Assembly: GCA_033551855.1 (NCBI GenBank)
Contig: JAWSUI010000025.1
Span: 1-53,160, forward strand
DNA length: 53,160 nt
Origin: Deferrisomatales bacterium
Lineage (GTDB): Bacteria; Desulfobacterota; Deferrisomatia; Deferrisomatales; JACRMM01
Direction of reading: 5' to 3'
The translations under genes were made by a program, and so were the position numbers. A model generated the notes under the pieces. It ran no database searches. It was given only the letters and a program-made list of their open reading frames with translations, and was not told the DNA's origin. Positions 1 through 12,729 of the stretch are shown one piece after another (the stretch's first letter is position 1; each line of letters opens with the position of its first letter).

Positions 1-7
1 ACCCATC

Positions 8-1159
8 TTGGAGGGCACTTTGCATTATCGAGGTTCCCCTCTCGGCTCGCTCGCCAGTTTTCCGCGTCAAATCAGCCTCTCAGACCTTGTGACGAATCGC
101 ATTTTGGACGGTAGTGGTTACGACCCGTCGGTGGATCGCGGATTGGCATACTTCGCTTTTCGGGATCAAGACGGCCGGTCTCTTTGGGATTTTCGAAACC
201 CACAGGGAACGGACGGATTCCATGTGAATGGGCACAATTTTTCGATAACGCTGTTCCCTTTTGTTGCGCCGAGAAATCTGATTCCATCGACGTTTAGAGT
301 AGACGTGTCGGAGGAGAGAGTCGGTCGAGTGATTGCCCTGGTTATTGACGTAAGTGGATCGATGGCCTGGAGGCTGGATTCAGATCAACCGGCTGGGCTT
401 GGAGAAACATCCAGAATGGATGTGGCAAAAGAAGCCGCAAAGTTGTTCGTGGATTCGATCCTTGGCGATGATCAAACGGATGATCTCATCGCCTTGGTGT
501 CCTTCAGCTCAGACGCGAGAATTCTAACGTCATTGACCAACGACGGAGAGCTCTTGAAGACCAGGATCGATGGGCTGGCCCCCCAAGGTGCAACGAATTT
601 CGGTGCCGCTTTTTCCGAAGCCGTGAAGGCGGTTGGGATCTACCCAGGCAAGCGGGCGGTGGTTTTCCTCACGGACGGGGAAGATACCGTGGATCTTGGA
701 ACGGACACGCTGCCCCTCTTCTCCTGGCCCGACTGGGGCACGGCTGCGAAGAGGAATCACAGCCTGCGGTGGGAGGCTCTGCACAAGTTGCTCGACTACG
801 AGCTCGTCTCGTACACCATCGGCTTCGGGCCCGTCGCGTTCGATGTCGATGCGGCGGAGGACCTGCGGGCCTTTGCGGGAGACCCCACCCTTGCCGTGCC
901 GCCTCCGGAGGGATACCCGGTGGGCCGGTACTACTCCGCGCCGACCGCTGAGGACCTGCTGGACGCCTTCGACCCACAGTCGCCGGACAGTATTCCTGCG
1001 AGGATCGGAGTGCTGCCGGGCATCCGGTCCCCCTATGTGAGCTTTGTGAATGACTACCACGATCCGGCAGGTCCTATCGATGCGATCGTGACGCTTTGGT
1101 TCGAGAATGCGAATGGGAATCTATACAGTAGTGCCCGCGGAACGTACATCGTCCCTTGA
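8..1159 (+). CDS. von Willebrand factor A (vWA) domain protein, probably 5'-truncated by the window edge
   Basis: MIDAS motif LVIDVSGSM, plus GATNFGAA and VVFLTDGED; the ORF starts at a TTG 8 nt from the edge. Confidence 0.8.
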   Translation: MEGTLHYRGSPLGSLASFPRQISLSDLVTNRILDGSGYDPSVDRGLAYFAFRDQDGRSLWDFRNPQGTDGFHVNGHNFSITLFPFVAPRNLIPSTFRVDVSEERVGRVIALVIDVSGSMAWRLDSDQPAGLGETSRMDVAKEAAKLFVDSILGDDQTDDLIALVSFSSDARILTSLTNDGELLKTRIDGLAPQGATNFGAAFSEAVKAVGIYPGKRAVVFLTDGEDTVDLGTDTLPLFSWPDWGTAAKRNHSLRWEALHKLLDYELVSYTIGFGPVAFDVDAAEDLRAFAGDPTLAVPPPEGYPVGRYYSAPTAEDLLDAFDPQSPDSIPARIGVLPGIRSPYVSFVNDYHDPAGPIDAIVTLWFENANGNLYSSARGTYIVP

Positions 1160-1193
1160 TTTCGCTTCTGCGAAGCTGAGGAGTATTGCGGCC

Positions 1194-1856
1194 ATGACAG
1201 CGAAGAGATGGATCTGCCTCGGGACCGCCGGCTTCATCGGCGCTCTGGCCCTTGGTTGCGGCGACAATCCGGACGACGCGGGGAATCGCCTCGTCGTCGC
1301 GGAGATCCAACCTGCGGACCCGGACCATCTGGGCTTCATCTTCCCCGCCGTGGAAGAGGTCACGGCAGACGTGGGTTGTCCGGAGGGCGATCTCGTCACG
1401 GCAAACAATCGTTTCTGGGACGGGTGTGTGGACGAGACCTATGTGCCAATGAGCGCCGACTTCGTGAACATCACCTTCCGCAACGAAACCCGCCCCGGGG
1501 TTTCCGAGGGGCGACCCTTGGAGGTCACGGACATCGTGGTAAACTACTTTGATCCGGGCGGGAACACGCCGCTGTATGCGCCGACGAACCATGCCTGGTC
1601 GGGGTCCTTCGAGGTTCCCCCGGACGGGAGTGCCACTCTCGTGGGGGTTCCCATTACCACTCTGGCCATGAAGGCCGGTGATGGGACGGCTCAAAGCGGA
1701 TTGCGAGGCCTCTTCTTCACCCAGCAGGTTGCGTCATCGGTGAGGTTGACAGCGGTGGTAGACATCTTTGCGCGGGACTCCCTGAACAAGGAGTCCGTTT
1801 CCACCCAGACCAGGGTGCAATTGACCTTCGTGAATCCGAATCCGGTCCCCGAGTAG
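1194..1856 (+). CDS. Putative lipoprotein of unknown function
   Basis: GAGGAG RBS at 1178-1183, ATG at 1194, signal peptide ending in lipobox LALG-C; beta-rich mature part. Confidence 0.7.
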   Translation: MTAKRWICLGTAGFIGALALGCGDNPDDAGNRLVVAEIQPADPDHLGFIFPAVEEVTADVGCPEGDLVTANNRFWDGCVDETYVPMSADFVNITFRNETRPGVSEGRPLEVTDIVVNYFDPGGNTPLYAPTNHAWSGSFEVPPDGSATLVGVPITTLAMKAGDGTAQSGLRGLFFTQQVASSVRLTAVVDIFARDSLNKESVSTQTRVQLTFVNPNPVPE

Positions 1857-1878
1857 GCGCTCGCACGGCAGACGACGG

Positions 1879-2418
1879 TTGGTCTTGGGGGCAGACAGGA
1901 ATACGCTTTTGCCAGATGGTCTCGCTTTGCTGCGAAGCAGCGGCCGGCCGGCGCTCGCTCCCCTCTGGATCGAGGCCCTGCCGCTTGAGGAGGCGCTTCC
2001 GGAGCTCTTTGGGCGGCACGAGCCCCTGTGCCGGCTCCAGCGGGCGCGGCTCCTCCTGCTGGGGGGGCGGCCCAAGGCGGCGCGCGACATCCTCGAGGGG
2101 CTCGAGGAGTTGCCCGCGGGTCTCGAGGCGATCCGTCGCGAGCTCCTGGACGAGGCCGCGGTGCAGGCGGAGGAGGGCGGCCCGGAGCCCGACGACGGCG
2201 GCCTCGCGTCCCGGACCCTCGCCGAGCTCCACGCCGCCCAGGGGGACCGGGCGACCGCCGCGGCCATCTATCGCGAGCTGGTATCCCGGGACCCGGAGGA
2301 CGAGGAGGCCCACAGGAGGCTGCGAGAGCTGGGCCGGACGGAATCCCGGGACCCCGCCGCGCGCCTGGAGCAGTGGCTGAGCCGGGTGCGGCGCTGGAGG
2401 GATGCGGACCGCGCCTGA
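1879..2418 (+). CDS. Small TPR-like helical protein (start uncertain)
   Basis: TLAELHAAQGDRATAAAIYRELVSRDP is TPR-like; C-terminal LEQWLSRV; lies upstream of aroQ. Confidence 0.6.
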   Translation: MVLGADRNTLLPDGLALLRSSGRPALAPLWIEALPLEEALPELFGRHEPLCRLQRARLLLLGGRPKAARDILEGLEELPAGLEAIRRELLDEAAVQAEEGGPEPDDGGLASRTLAELHAAQGDRATAAAIYRELVSRDPEDEEAHRRLRELGRTESRDPAARLEQWLSRVRRWRDADRA

Positions 2419-2469
2419 CGGCTGCCCTCGGTCTTCCCTTTCGTCGTCCCGGCTGCAGGGGGTTGCCTG

Positions 2470-2910
2470 GTGAAGATCCTTGTCCTCCACGGTCCCAATC
2501 TGAACCTGCTCGGCCTCCGGGAGCCCGGGGTCTACGGCTCCGAGACCCTGGCCGGCGTCGAGGAGCGCCTTCACGCCGCGGCGCGCGAGCTCGGCGCGGA
2601 GCTGGAGCTCTTTCAGTCCAACTCCGAGGGCGCCCTCGTGGACGCGATCCAGCAGGCGCGGGGTCGCGTGCAGGGCATCGTGATCAACGCCGCCGCGTAC
2701 ACCCACACCAGCGTGGCCCTGCGGGACGCCCTGCTGGCCGTGGCGCTGCCCTTCGTCGAGGTGCACCTGTCGAACGTCTATCGTCGGGAGGGCTTCCGGC
2801 GCCGTTCCCTTCTGGCGGACGCGGCGGTGGGGGGGGTCTGGGGCTTCGGTCCGGAGAGCTACGTGCTCGGGCTCCGCGGCCTGGTGGGCCACCTCTCGGC
2901 CGGGCACTGA
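2470..2910 (+). CDS. aroQ: Type II 3-dehydroquinate dehydratase
   Basis: [39 protein letters not shown]. Confidence 0.97.
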   Translation: MKILVLHGPNLNLLGLREPGVYGSETLAGVEERLHAAARELGAELELFQSNSEGALVDAIQQARGRVQGIVINAAAYTHTSVALRDALLAVALPFVEVHLSNVYRREGFRRRSLLADAAVGGVWGFGPESYVLGLRGLVGHLSAGH

Positions 2911-2918
2911 AGGGGGGC

Positions 2919-4028
2919 GTGGTGGCGACGCGTCCGGCCGAGGGGTACACCGAACGCGCCGCCGCGGCCCTCCAACTACTGGCCGGGGAACGGCTCGATG
3001 CTCTGCTGGTCCTGGATCTCCTGAACGTCCGTTACCTCTGCGGTTTCACCGGCTCCAACGGGCTGCTCGTCCTTCTCGGGGACCGGCGGGTCTTCTTCAC
3101 GGACTCCCGTTACACCCTGCAGGCCCGGGAGGAGACCGTCGGCGTCGAGGTGGTCGAGACGGCGGACCTGGACCGGTCGGCCGCCGGCGTCCTCAGCACC
3201 GGCGGTGCGCGCTACGTGGGCTTCCAACCAACGAGCATCACGGCGGCCCGGCGGGCTCGACTGGGCCGCCTCCTGGAAGCCGATCTGGTGGACGTGGGGA
3301 CGGGGGTAGACCGCCTCCGGGTCTGCAAGGGACCGGACGAGACCCGCCGGCTGGAGGCCGCGGCGCGCCTGGCAGAGGAGGCCCTGCGCTTCGTGGCCCC
3401 GCTGCTGTGCCCCGGCCGAACCGAGCTCGAGGTGGCCCGGGCGTTCCACGTGGCCTGCCTGGAACGGGGGGCGGAGGGGCTGTCCTTCGACACCATCGTG
3501 GCGGGGGGGCCGCGCGGGGCCCTGCCCCACGCGAAGCCGACGGGTAGACCCTTCGAGGCGGGGGATCTCGTGCTAGTGGACTTCGGCGTGCGGCTCGACG
3601 GATACTGCTCGGACCAGACCGTCACCGTGCCGGTGGGGCCCCCGGCCGAGGACGCCGCCCAGGTGTACGGGGTGGTTTTCCAGGCCCAGCGCGCGGCCCT
3701 CGAAGCCTTGCGGCCGGGGGTCGCCCTGGCCGAGGTGGATCGGGCCGCCCGCGACGTCATCGCGGCGGCGGGCCACGGGGAGCGCTTCGGCCACGGCACG
3801 GGGCACGGGGTCGGGCTGGCGGTGCACGAGGCCCCGACCGTGAGCTCGCGATCGGGGGATGCCGCTCAGGAGGGTGCGGTGGTCACCATCGAGCCGGGCA
3901 TCTACCTGCCGGGTCGCTTCGGCGTGCGGCTGGAGGATACGGTACGGGTCACCTCCCACGGTTACGAGAGGATCACCTCGGTGCCCAAGGGGCTCGGGGC
4001 GTTCTGGGATTGGGTAGGGGGGCGGTAG
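2919..4028 (+). CDS. Xaa-Pro aminopeptidase/prolidase (M24 family)
   Basis: Creatinase_N-type NVRYLCGFTGS; catalytic DFG...YCSDQT, HGTGHGVGLAVHE, TIEPGIY, GVRLED; GTG at 2919/2922 within the 2028..4028 ORF. Confidence 0.93.
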   Translation: MVATRPAEGYTERAAAALQLLAGERLDALLVLDLLNVRYLCGFTGSNGLLVLLGDRRVFFTDSRYTLQAREETVGVEVVETADLDRSAAGVLSTGGARYVGFQPTSITAARRARLGRLLEADLVDVGTGVDRLRVCKGPDETRRLEAAARLAEEALRFVAPLLCPGRTELEVARAFHVACLERGAEGLSFDTIVAGGPRGALPHAKPTGRPFEAGDLVLVDFGVRLDGYCSDQTVTVPVGPPAEDAAQVYGVVFQAQRAALEALRPGVALAEVDRAARDVIAAAGHGERFGHGTGHGVGLAVHEAPTVSSRSGDAAQEGAVVTIEPGIYLPGRFGVRLEDTVRVTSHGYERITSVPKGLGAFWDWVGGR

Positions 4029-4121
4029 GCCAGGGAACGCTGCTGACGGGGTGGACATCCCCCTGGGGGCGCGGAGCCAGGGGCTGCGACTCTGCAGGGA
4101 GGCCATGTTTCGGGAGGAGCC

Positions 4122-4505
4122 ATGCGCGTGCCGGAGGACTTGAGATACCACCCCGAGCACACCTGGGTGCGGGTCCAGGGCGGGGAGGCGACCGTGGGGA
4201 TCACCGACCACGCCCAGAAGGAGCTGGGTGACATCGTGTTCCTGGAGCTCCCCGGGGTCGGGCGACATCTCTCCCCGGGAGAGGTCTTCGGCTCGGTCGA
4301 GTCGGCCAAGTCCGTCTCGGAGCTCTACAGCCCCGTCGCGGGCGAGGTCGTGGAAGTGAATGCCCAGCTCGAGGACTCCCCGGAGCGGATCAACGACGAC
4401 CCCTACGGCGAGGGTTGGATGCTGCGGGTGCGTCTCGCCCCCGGTTTCGATGTGTCCGGGCTTCTCTCCCCAGAGGCCTACGTCGCCCACGTGGGAGGAG
4501 GATGA
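4122..4505 (+). CDS. gcvH: Glycine cleavage system H (lipoyl carrier) protein
   Basis: HTWV...VGITDHAQKELGDIVF, lipoyl-Lys motif VESAKS, INDDPYGEGW; GGAGG RBS. Confidence 0.95.
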   Translation: MRVPEDLRYHPEHTWVRVQGGEATVGITDHAQKELGDIVFLELPGVGRHLSPGEVFGSVESAKSVSELYSPVAGEVVEVNAQLEDSPERINDDPYGEGWMLRVRLAPGFDVSGLLSPEAYVAHVGGG

Positions 4506-6496
4506 GGGAGCCGATGGCCGTGGACAGGGACAAGATCGCCCGCGCAGCCCAAAAGTTCAAGCAGGCCAAGCAGTTCCAGCGGGCCATCGACGAGTACAAG
4601 AGGGTGCTCGCCGCGGACCCTCGGGACATCCGCACCCGGCAGAAGCTGATCGAGCTCTACGCCCTGGCCGGCAAGCGGCCGGAGGCCCTGGAGGAGTGCC
4701 TCTCCGTGGCGGAAGCCTATGCCGACCAGGGCTTCTACCTCAAGGCGATCGCCGTTCTCAAGCAGGCGCTCCGCTTGGACCCGGAAAGCCCGGCCCTCTG
4801 GCAGCAAGCGGGCGAAATGTACGTGAGGCAGGGCCTGGTGGGGGAGGCCCTCGCTGCCTTCAAGCGGGCGGTGGGCCTGTTGCGCCAGCAGGGGCGGTCG
4901 ACCGACGCCGGGAACCTCCTGGCGCGCATGGAGCAGTTGGCCCCGGACAACGCCGCCATCAAGGTCCACCTGGCCGAGCTCTACCTGGAGGACCGGCGGT
5001 ACGAGGACTTCTCCGCAGAGCTCTCCCGGCTCATGCAGCAGCTTCGCGCCGAAGGGCGCTCCGGCAAGCTCCTGCACGCCCTGGAGGGGTTCTACGAGAA
5101 GTCCAGCCGCCATCCGTCCGTGCTCCGTCCGTTGGCCGAGCTGTACATCGATCTCGGGGAGACCGCCAAGGGAACCGAGATTCTCGAGGAAGGCCTGTCG
5201 CGGGAGCCGGGGGACCGGGAGCTTCGGCTCCTGTCCCTCCGGGCGCACCTGGTGGCGGAGCGTCTGCCGGAGGCCCGGGCCGTTGCCCGTGCCCTCCACG
5301 CCGAGGACCCCGACGATGTCTTCATCCTCGAGCAACTCGCGGCCATCGCCCAAGCCGAGGGGGACCGGGACGAGCAGGCGCAGGCCTGCAAGGCGCTCGC
5401 CAGGGCATACGGCCGCCGGGGGATGCGCCAGGATGAGGAGCGCTGCCTCCGAAGCGCCCTCGAGGCCGATCCCACCGACGCGGAGGTCCGGCGGGCCCTG
5501 GCCGGGGCGCCTCCAGGACGGGCCCCCGAAGAGACCGCGGTCGTTGATGCAGAGGGTGTGTCGGGCTTCGGGGATCTCCTCGAGGCTGGGTCGGATGACG
5601 GGGCCTTCGGCGCCGTCCAGCGGGGCTTGGTGGAGGCCGAGCTTTACCTCAAGTACGGAATCGAGCAGAAGGCGGCGGACAAGCTCCGCGAGCTCGCGGT
5701 CCTGGCGCCGGGGGTCGTCGAGATTCGACAGAAGCTCCGGGACCTGTGCCAACGCCAAGGAGATCACCGGGGGTGGGTGGAAGAGCAGCTCGCCATCGCG
5801 GGGCTGTTTCTCGCCGGGGAGCGGGAGACAGAGGCTCTGCGGGCGTACCGTTCGGTGCTCGAGGTCGAACCGGACAATCCGTCAGCGCTCCAGGGCATCG
5901 CCCGACTCATGCCGATCGACGAAGCGGAGCAGACTGAGGCTTCTTCCGGGCCCGCGGCCCGGAAGAGCGAGGTGGGCCCCTCCGACCGCCGGGCCGTGGG
6001 CGGGGAGTCGATCGACCTGCACATCGGCAGCGAGTTCGAGGGATTCGCGGACTTCGAAGTCTCCGAGCTCGACGACATCGTGCGGGAGTTCAAGTCGGGC
6101 ATTGCGGAGCGGCTCGACGAGGGGGACTACGACACCCACTACAACCTGGGGATCGCCTATCGGGAGATGGGGCTTCTGGAGGATGCTCTCCAGGAGTTTC
6201 AGGTGGCGGCCCGCGGCCCGGACAAGGCGCGCGATGCCTACGCCTCCCTGGCACTGGTATATCGCGACCTCGGTCGGTACGGTGACGCCGCGGCGGCCCT
6301 GCGGATGGCATTGGCCGCCCCGTCCAACACGGCCGAGGACCGGGCGGCCATCCTGTACGAGTTGGGGGAAACCGCCGAGGCGGAGGGCGCCTGGGATCGG
6401 GCCCTCCAGTCGTTTCAAAAGGCAGCGGAGCTCGATCCGACCCACCGCGATGTGGGGGGGCGGATTCAGAGACTGCGCGCGCAAGTGGGGGGGTAG
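4502..6496 (+). CDS. Large TPR protein, SgmX-like (type IV pilus/polarity-associated candidate)
   Basis: Many TPR repeats, acidic linker, C-terminal DYDTHYNLGIAYREMGL motif; followed by an ExeA-like gene; ATG overlaps the gcvH stop. Confidence 0.75.
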   Translation: MREPMAVDRDKIARAAQKFKQAKQFQRAIDEYKRVLAADPRDIRTRQKLIELYALAGKRPEALEECLSVAEAYADQGFYLKAIAVLKQALRLDPESPALWQQAGEMYVRQGLVGEALAAFKRAVGLLRQQGRSTDAGNLLARMEQLAPDNAAIKVHLAELYLEDRRYEDFSAELSRLMQQLRAEGRSGKLLHALEGFYEKSSRHPSVLRPLAELYIDLGETAKGTEILEEGLSREPGDRELRLLSLRAHLVAERLPEARAVARALHAEDPDDVFILEQLAAIAQAEGDRDEQAQACKALARAYGRRGMRQDEERCLRSALEADPTDAEVRRALAGAPPGRAPEETAVVDAEGVSGFGDLLEAGSDDGAFGAVQRGLVEAELYLKYGIEQKAADKLRELAVLAPGVVEIRQKLRDLCQRQGDHRGWVEEQLAIAGLFLAGERETEALRAYRSVLEVEPDNPSALQGIARLMPIDEAEQTEASSGPAARKSEVGPSDRRAVGGESIDLHIGSEFEGFADFEVSELDDIVREFKSGIAERLDEGDYDTHYNLGIAYREMGLLEDALQEFQVAARGPDKARDAYASLALVYRDLGRYGDAAAALRMALAAPSNTAEDRAAILYELGETAEAEGAWDRALQSFQKAAELDPTHRDVGGRIQRLRAQVGG

Positions 6497-6500
6497 GTCC

Positions 6501-7334
6501 GTGCTCCACGGTTTCCTGGGACTTTCGAGGGACCCTTTCCAAGAAGGTTGCGACGACGAGCTGTACTTGGAGGATCCGGGCCGGTACGGCCTCCGCCAGC
6601 GGCTCGAAGGGTCGCTCCGGGAAGGAAAGAGCGTCTGGCTCCGGGGACGCCTGGGGTCCGGCCGGCGGACGTTGTTGGCCCGTGCGGCGGCGACCCTGGC
6701 TGCGGAGGGACGCGCCGTGGCCTGGTGCGGGGAGCCCTGGCTTCCGGCGGAGGAGGGGGGCAGGAGGGTCCTGGAGCTTCTCCTGCAGGTGACCCGCGCC
6801 GGCGCCCGGGCGAGCGGTCCGACTGCCTTGGAGGCGGTCTGCGAGGAGTTGCTCTTCGGCTTCTGTCGCGGGGGGCCCGTCATCGCGGCATTGGCGGGCG
6901 AGGGGCTCGCACCGGGAGATCAGGAGGAGTTGGCGTTTCTCTCCAGCTTGCGGCTGTTGGGGAAGCCCCTGGTCTGTATCGCCCTGTGGGGCGAGCGTTC
7001 TTCACCGCTGGAGGGGCTGGAGGAGGTCCGGGTTCCCCCTTTTTCGCCGTCTGCCCTCCGGGAGTTGCTCCTCCACCGGGCCACGGCCTGTGCCGGGCGC
7101 GATCTGCTGGCGCCCGACGTGCTGGAGCGGATTTCCGAGGAAGCCCGGAGTGCCTCCCACGCTTTGGAGCTGGCCCGGACGGAAGTGGCGCACCTCGTCT
7201 TCCGGGGGGGGCCTCAAAGCGAGGCCGCCTGCCAGACCGCCCCCCCGCCGGACGGCGGGGTGCTGGACCCCTCGGCGCTCGCCGAGGTCAACCGGCTGCT
7301 CCACGCCCTGGGTTCCGAGTCGTCGCCGAGATAG
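6501..7334 (+). CDS. ExeA/GspA-like P-loop protein with degenerate Walker motifs
   Basis: ExeA-type N-terminus FLGLSRDPF; P-loop-like GRLGSGRRT; GTG 4 nt after the upstream stop. Confidence 0.65.
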   Translation: MLHGFLGLSRDPFQEGCDDELYLEDPGRYGLRQRLEGSLREGKSVWLRGRLGSGRRTLLARAAATLAAEGRAVAWCGEPWLPAEEGGRRVLELLLQVTRAGARASGPTALEAVCEELLFGFCRGGPVIAALAGEGLAPGDQEELAFLSSLRLLGKPLVCIALWGERSSPLEGLEEVRVPPFSPSALRELLLHRATACAGRDLLAPDVLERISEEARSASHALELARTEVAHLVFRGGPQSEAACQTAPPPDGGVLDPSALAEVNRLLHALGSESSPR

Positions 7335-7439
7335 GGACGCCGAGGTGTCCGGCGGGGCTCACGGGCAAGGCACGCCGAGCGCAGGAGCTCCTCGGCCCCG
7401 AGCGCGCCGTAGCCGGTGGATTTTGGACTTGGGAACGCT

Positions 7440-7468
7440 TTGACTCCCCCCAGGCCGGGTGTTACCAT
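7440..7468 (+). promoter_or_regulatory. sigma70-type promoter for secA
   Basis: TTGACT-N17-TACCAT upstream of the secA ATG. Confidence 0.6.
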
Positions 7469-7601
7469 CAGCGGTCCGGCGGAGCTCTGGGGCATCCCCC
7501 ACGCCCACATCCCCGGTTGGGTCCTGCCCCGCCCGCCTTCCCTCGAGACGCCTCCCCGCGTTGAGACCACGCCGCCTCCGGCGGCTCTCGGAGCCAGTTC
7601 C

Positions 7602-10270
<2,669 letters not shown>

Positions 10271-10274
<4 letters not shown>

Positions 10275-11446
10275 CGCCCCGGGGGTTCCGGTTCGCCGCG
10301 GCGGAGGCCGCGGTCAAGAAGCCCGGCCGCCTCGACCTGGGGCTCCTCTTGAGCGCGTCGGAGGCGGCCGTAGCCGGGGTGTTCACCCGAAACCGCGTCA
10401 CGGCGGCCCCGGTGCTCCTTTGCCGGGAGCGGGTAGGCCGGGGAGTTGCCCGGGCGGTGCTGGTGAACTCGGGAAACGCCAACGCGTGCACCGGAGCCCA
10501 GGGCCTGGAGGACGCCCGGCGCCTGACCGCCAGCTTGGCGGAACGGCTTGGGGTGGAGGCCGACGCGGTGTTCCCGTGCTCCACCGGAGTGATCGGCCTT
10601 CCCCTGCCGGTGGTGCGGATGGAGGCGGCGCTGCCCCGCCTGGTCTCCGCCCTCGGGGACGACCCCGAGCCCTTCGCCCGCGCCATGATGACCACCGACA
10701 GCTTCCCGAAGGTCTCCACACGGTCGGTTTCGGCCGGAGGCCGAGAGGTCCGGGTCCTGGGCACGGCCAAGGGCGCGGGGATGATCCGGCCCGACGTGGC
10801 CACCATGCTCGCCTTCCTGGTCACCGACGCACCGCTGGGTTCGGCGGCCCTGCAGGAGCTCCTGGCCGGGGCGGCGGAGGAGACGTTCAACCGGATCACC
10901 GTGGACGGCGACACCTCCACCAACGACACGGTCCTGGCTCTGGCGGGGGGCGCTGCCGGGGGCCCGCCCCTGGAGACCAACCGTTCGGCCCTTGAGGTCC
11001 TGGCGGGGGCGTTCCGGGAGGTCTGCCGGGATCTCTCCCGCATGATGGTGCGGGACGGGGAGGGGGCGACCAAGGTGGTGGACGTCCGGGTCCGGGGGGC
11101 GGCCTCCGACGCGGCTGCCCTGCAGGCCGCTCGGACCGTGGCGGAGAGCCCGCTGGTGAAGACCGCCCTCCACGGCGAGGACCCCAACTGGGGCCGGATC
11201 GCCGCGGCCCTGGGCCGCTCGGGGGCTTACGGCGGCGGCGCCTTCTCGATCGCCATCGGCGGTGTGCCCGTGGTGGAGGCCGGGATGGGCCTGGGAGCCG
11301 AGGCCGAGGCGGGGGCCCACGCCAAGATGCAGGGCACCGAGTACGAGATCTGCGTGACCCTCCAAGAGGGAAGCGGCGAGGCCGTCGTCACCACCTGCGA
11401 TCTGACGGCCGAATACGTGAGGATCAACGCGGACTACCGGACGTAA
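10271..11446 (+). CDS. argJ: Bifunctional ornithine acetyltransferase/N-acetylglutamate synthase
   Basis: [23 protein letters not shown]^ML autocleavage site, [17 protein letters not shown]-terminal INADYRT; GTGA overlap with secA. Confidence 0.97.
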
Positions 11447-11537
11447 GACCCCGCTGCCGAGGCGCGAGGCGGTTCCCGCGCCCCGCCCCCCAGCCCCTCT
11501 TTCCTGACTCTTCCCCTCTTCGAGCGGACCCACTGCC

Positions 11538-12605
11538 ATGGACGACACCGTCTTCGACTTCTTCAAGCGCCTCGCGGACAGCCCGAGCCCGTCGGGCTAC
11601 GAGCAGCCGGCCCAGAGGGTGTGGCGCGCCTACGTGACCCCCCACGTCGATGAAGTGCGCACCGACGTCATGGGCAACTCCTGGGGCGTGCTTCGCGGGC
11701 CGGAGCGCCCCCGGGTGATGCTGGCGGGCCACGTGGACGAGATCGGGCTCATGGTCCAGTACATCGACGACCAGGGGTTCCTCTACGTCGCGTCCATCGG
11801 CGGCGTCGATGCCCACCTGCTCCCGGGCCAGCGGGTCTGGGTGCACGGCCGCAACGGCTCTCTCCGCGGCGTCATCGGCCGCAAGCCCATCCACCTCCTG
11901 GAGCCGGACGAGCGCACCAAGGTGGCCAAGCTCAAGGACCTGGCCGTGGACATCGGCGCCAAGGACCGGACCGAGGCGGAAGGCGCGGTGGCCGTGGGGG
12001 ACCCCATGACGTTTGCCGTGGAGATGGAGCGCCTGGCAGGGGACCGGATCTGCGCCCGGGGGCTCGACGACAAGATGGGGTCCTTCGTCGTGGCAGAGAC
12101 GCTGCGGCGCCTGGCGGAGCGGCGCGCGGAGCTCCGGTGCTCGGTCTTCGGGGTCTCGACCGTACAGGAGGAGGTGGGGCTGCGCGGGGGGCGCACCAGC
12201 GCCTACGGTATCGACCCGGACGTCGGGATCTGCGTGGAGGTGACCTTCGCCACGGACCACCCGGGGGCGGACAAGAAGGCCATCGGTGACGTGCAGGTCG
12301 GCAAGGGGCCGGTTCTCTCCCGGGGCCCCAACATCAACCCCAAGGTCTTCGAGCTCCTCCAGGAGACCGCCCGGGAGGCGAGCATCGCCCTCCAGTACGA
12401 GGGCGCCCCCCGGGCCACGGGCACCGACGCCAACGTGATGCAGCTCAACCGCAGCGGCGTGGCCACGGCCCTGGTGGAGATTCCCCTGCGCTACATGCAC
12501 ACCCCGGCGGAGGTGCTGAGCCTCGGCGACGTAGACGCTGCCGTGGAGCTCCTGGTGGCCTTCCTGCTGCGGGTGGGGCCCGACGCGGACTGGATCCCCC
12601 AGTGA
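11538..12605 (+). CDS. M42 family aminopeptidase
   Basis: SPSGYE, AGHVDEIG, GLDDK, QEEVGLRG, RYMHTPAE. Confidence 0.93.
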   Translation: MDDTVFDFFKRLADSPSPSGYEQPAQRVWRAYVTPHVDEVRTDVMGNSWGVLRGPERPRVMLAGHVDEIGLMVQYIDDQGFLYVASIGGVDAHLLPGQRVWVHGRNGSLRGVIGRKPIHLLEPDERTKVAKLKDLAVDIGAKDRTEAEGAVAVGDPMTFAVEMERLAGDRICARGLDDKMGSFVVAETLRRLAERRAELRCSVFGVSTVQEEVGLRGGRTSAYGIDPDVGICVEVTFATDHPGADKKAIGDVQVGKGPVLSRGPNINPKVFELLQETAREASIALQYEGAPRATGTDANVMQLNRSGVATALVEIPLRYMHTPAEVLSLGDVDAAVELLVAFLLRVGPDADWIPQ

Positions 12606-12729
12606 GCGGGTGCGGGATGGAGGACCGGAGACCCAGGACCGAAGACCGAACAACTGCTCAATCGTCGCCCTGCCCTCCTCATGCGTCACGGCGTAGGGCT
12701 TGGGCGGAGGCCCTTGGTGGGGTGAGACG

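Noticed and set aside
4029..4121. Glycine riboswitch before gcvH
   Set aside because: No GGAGA...CCGAAG...CTCTCAGG consensus
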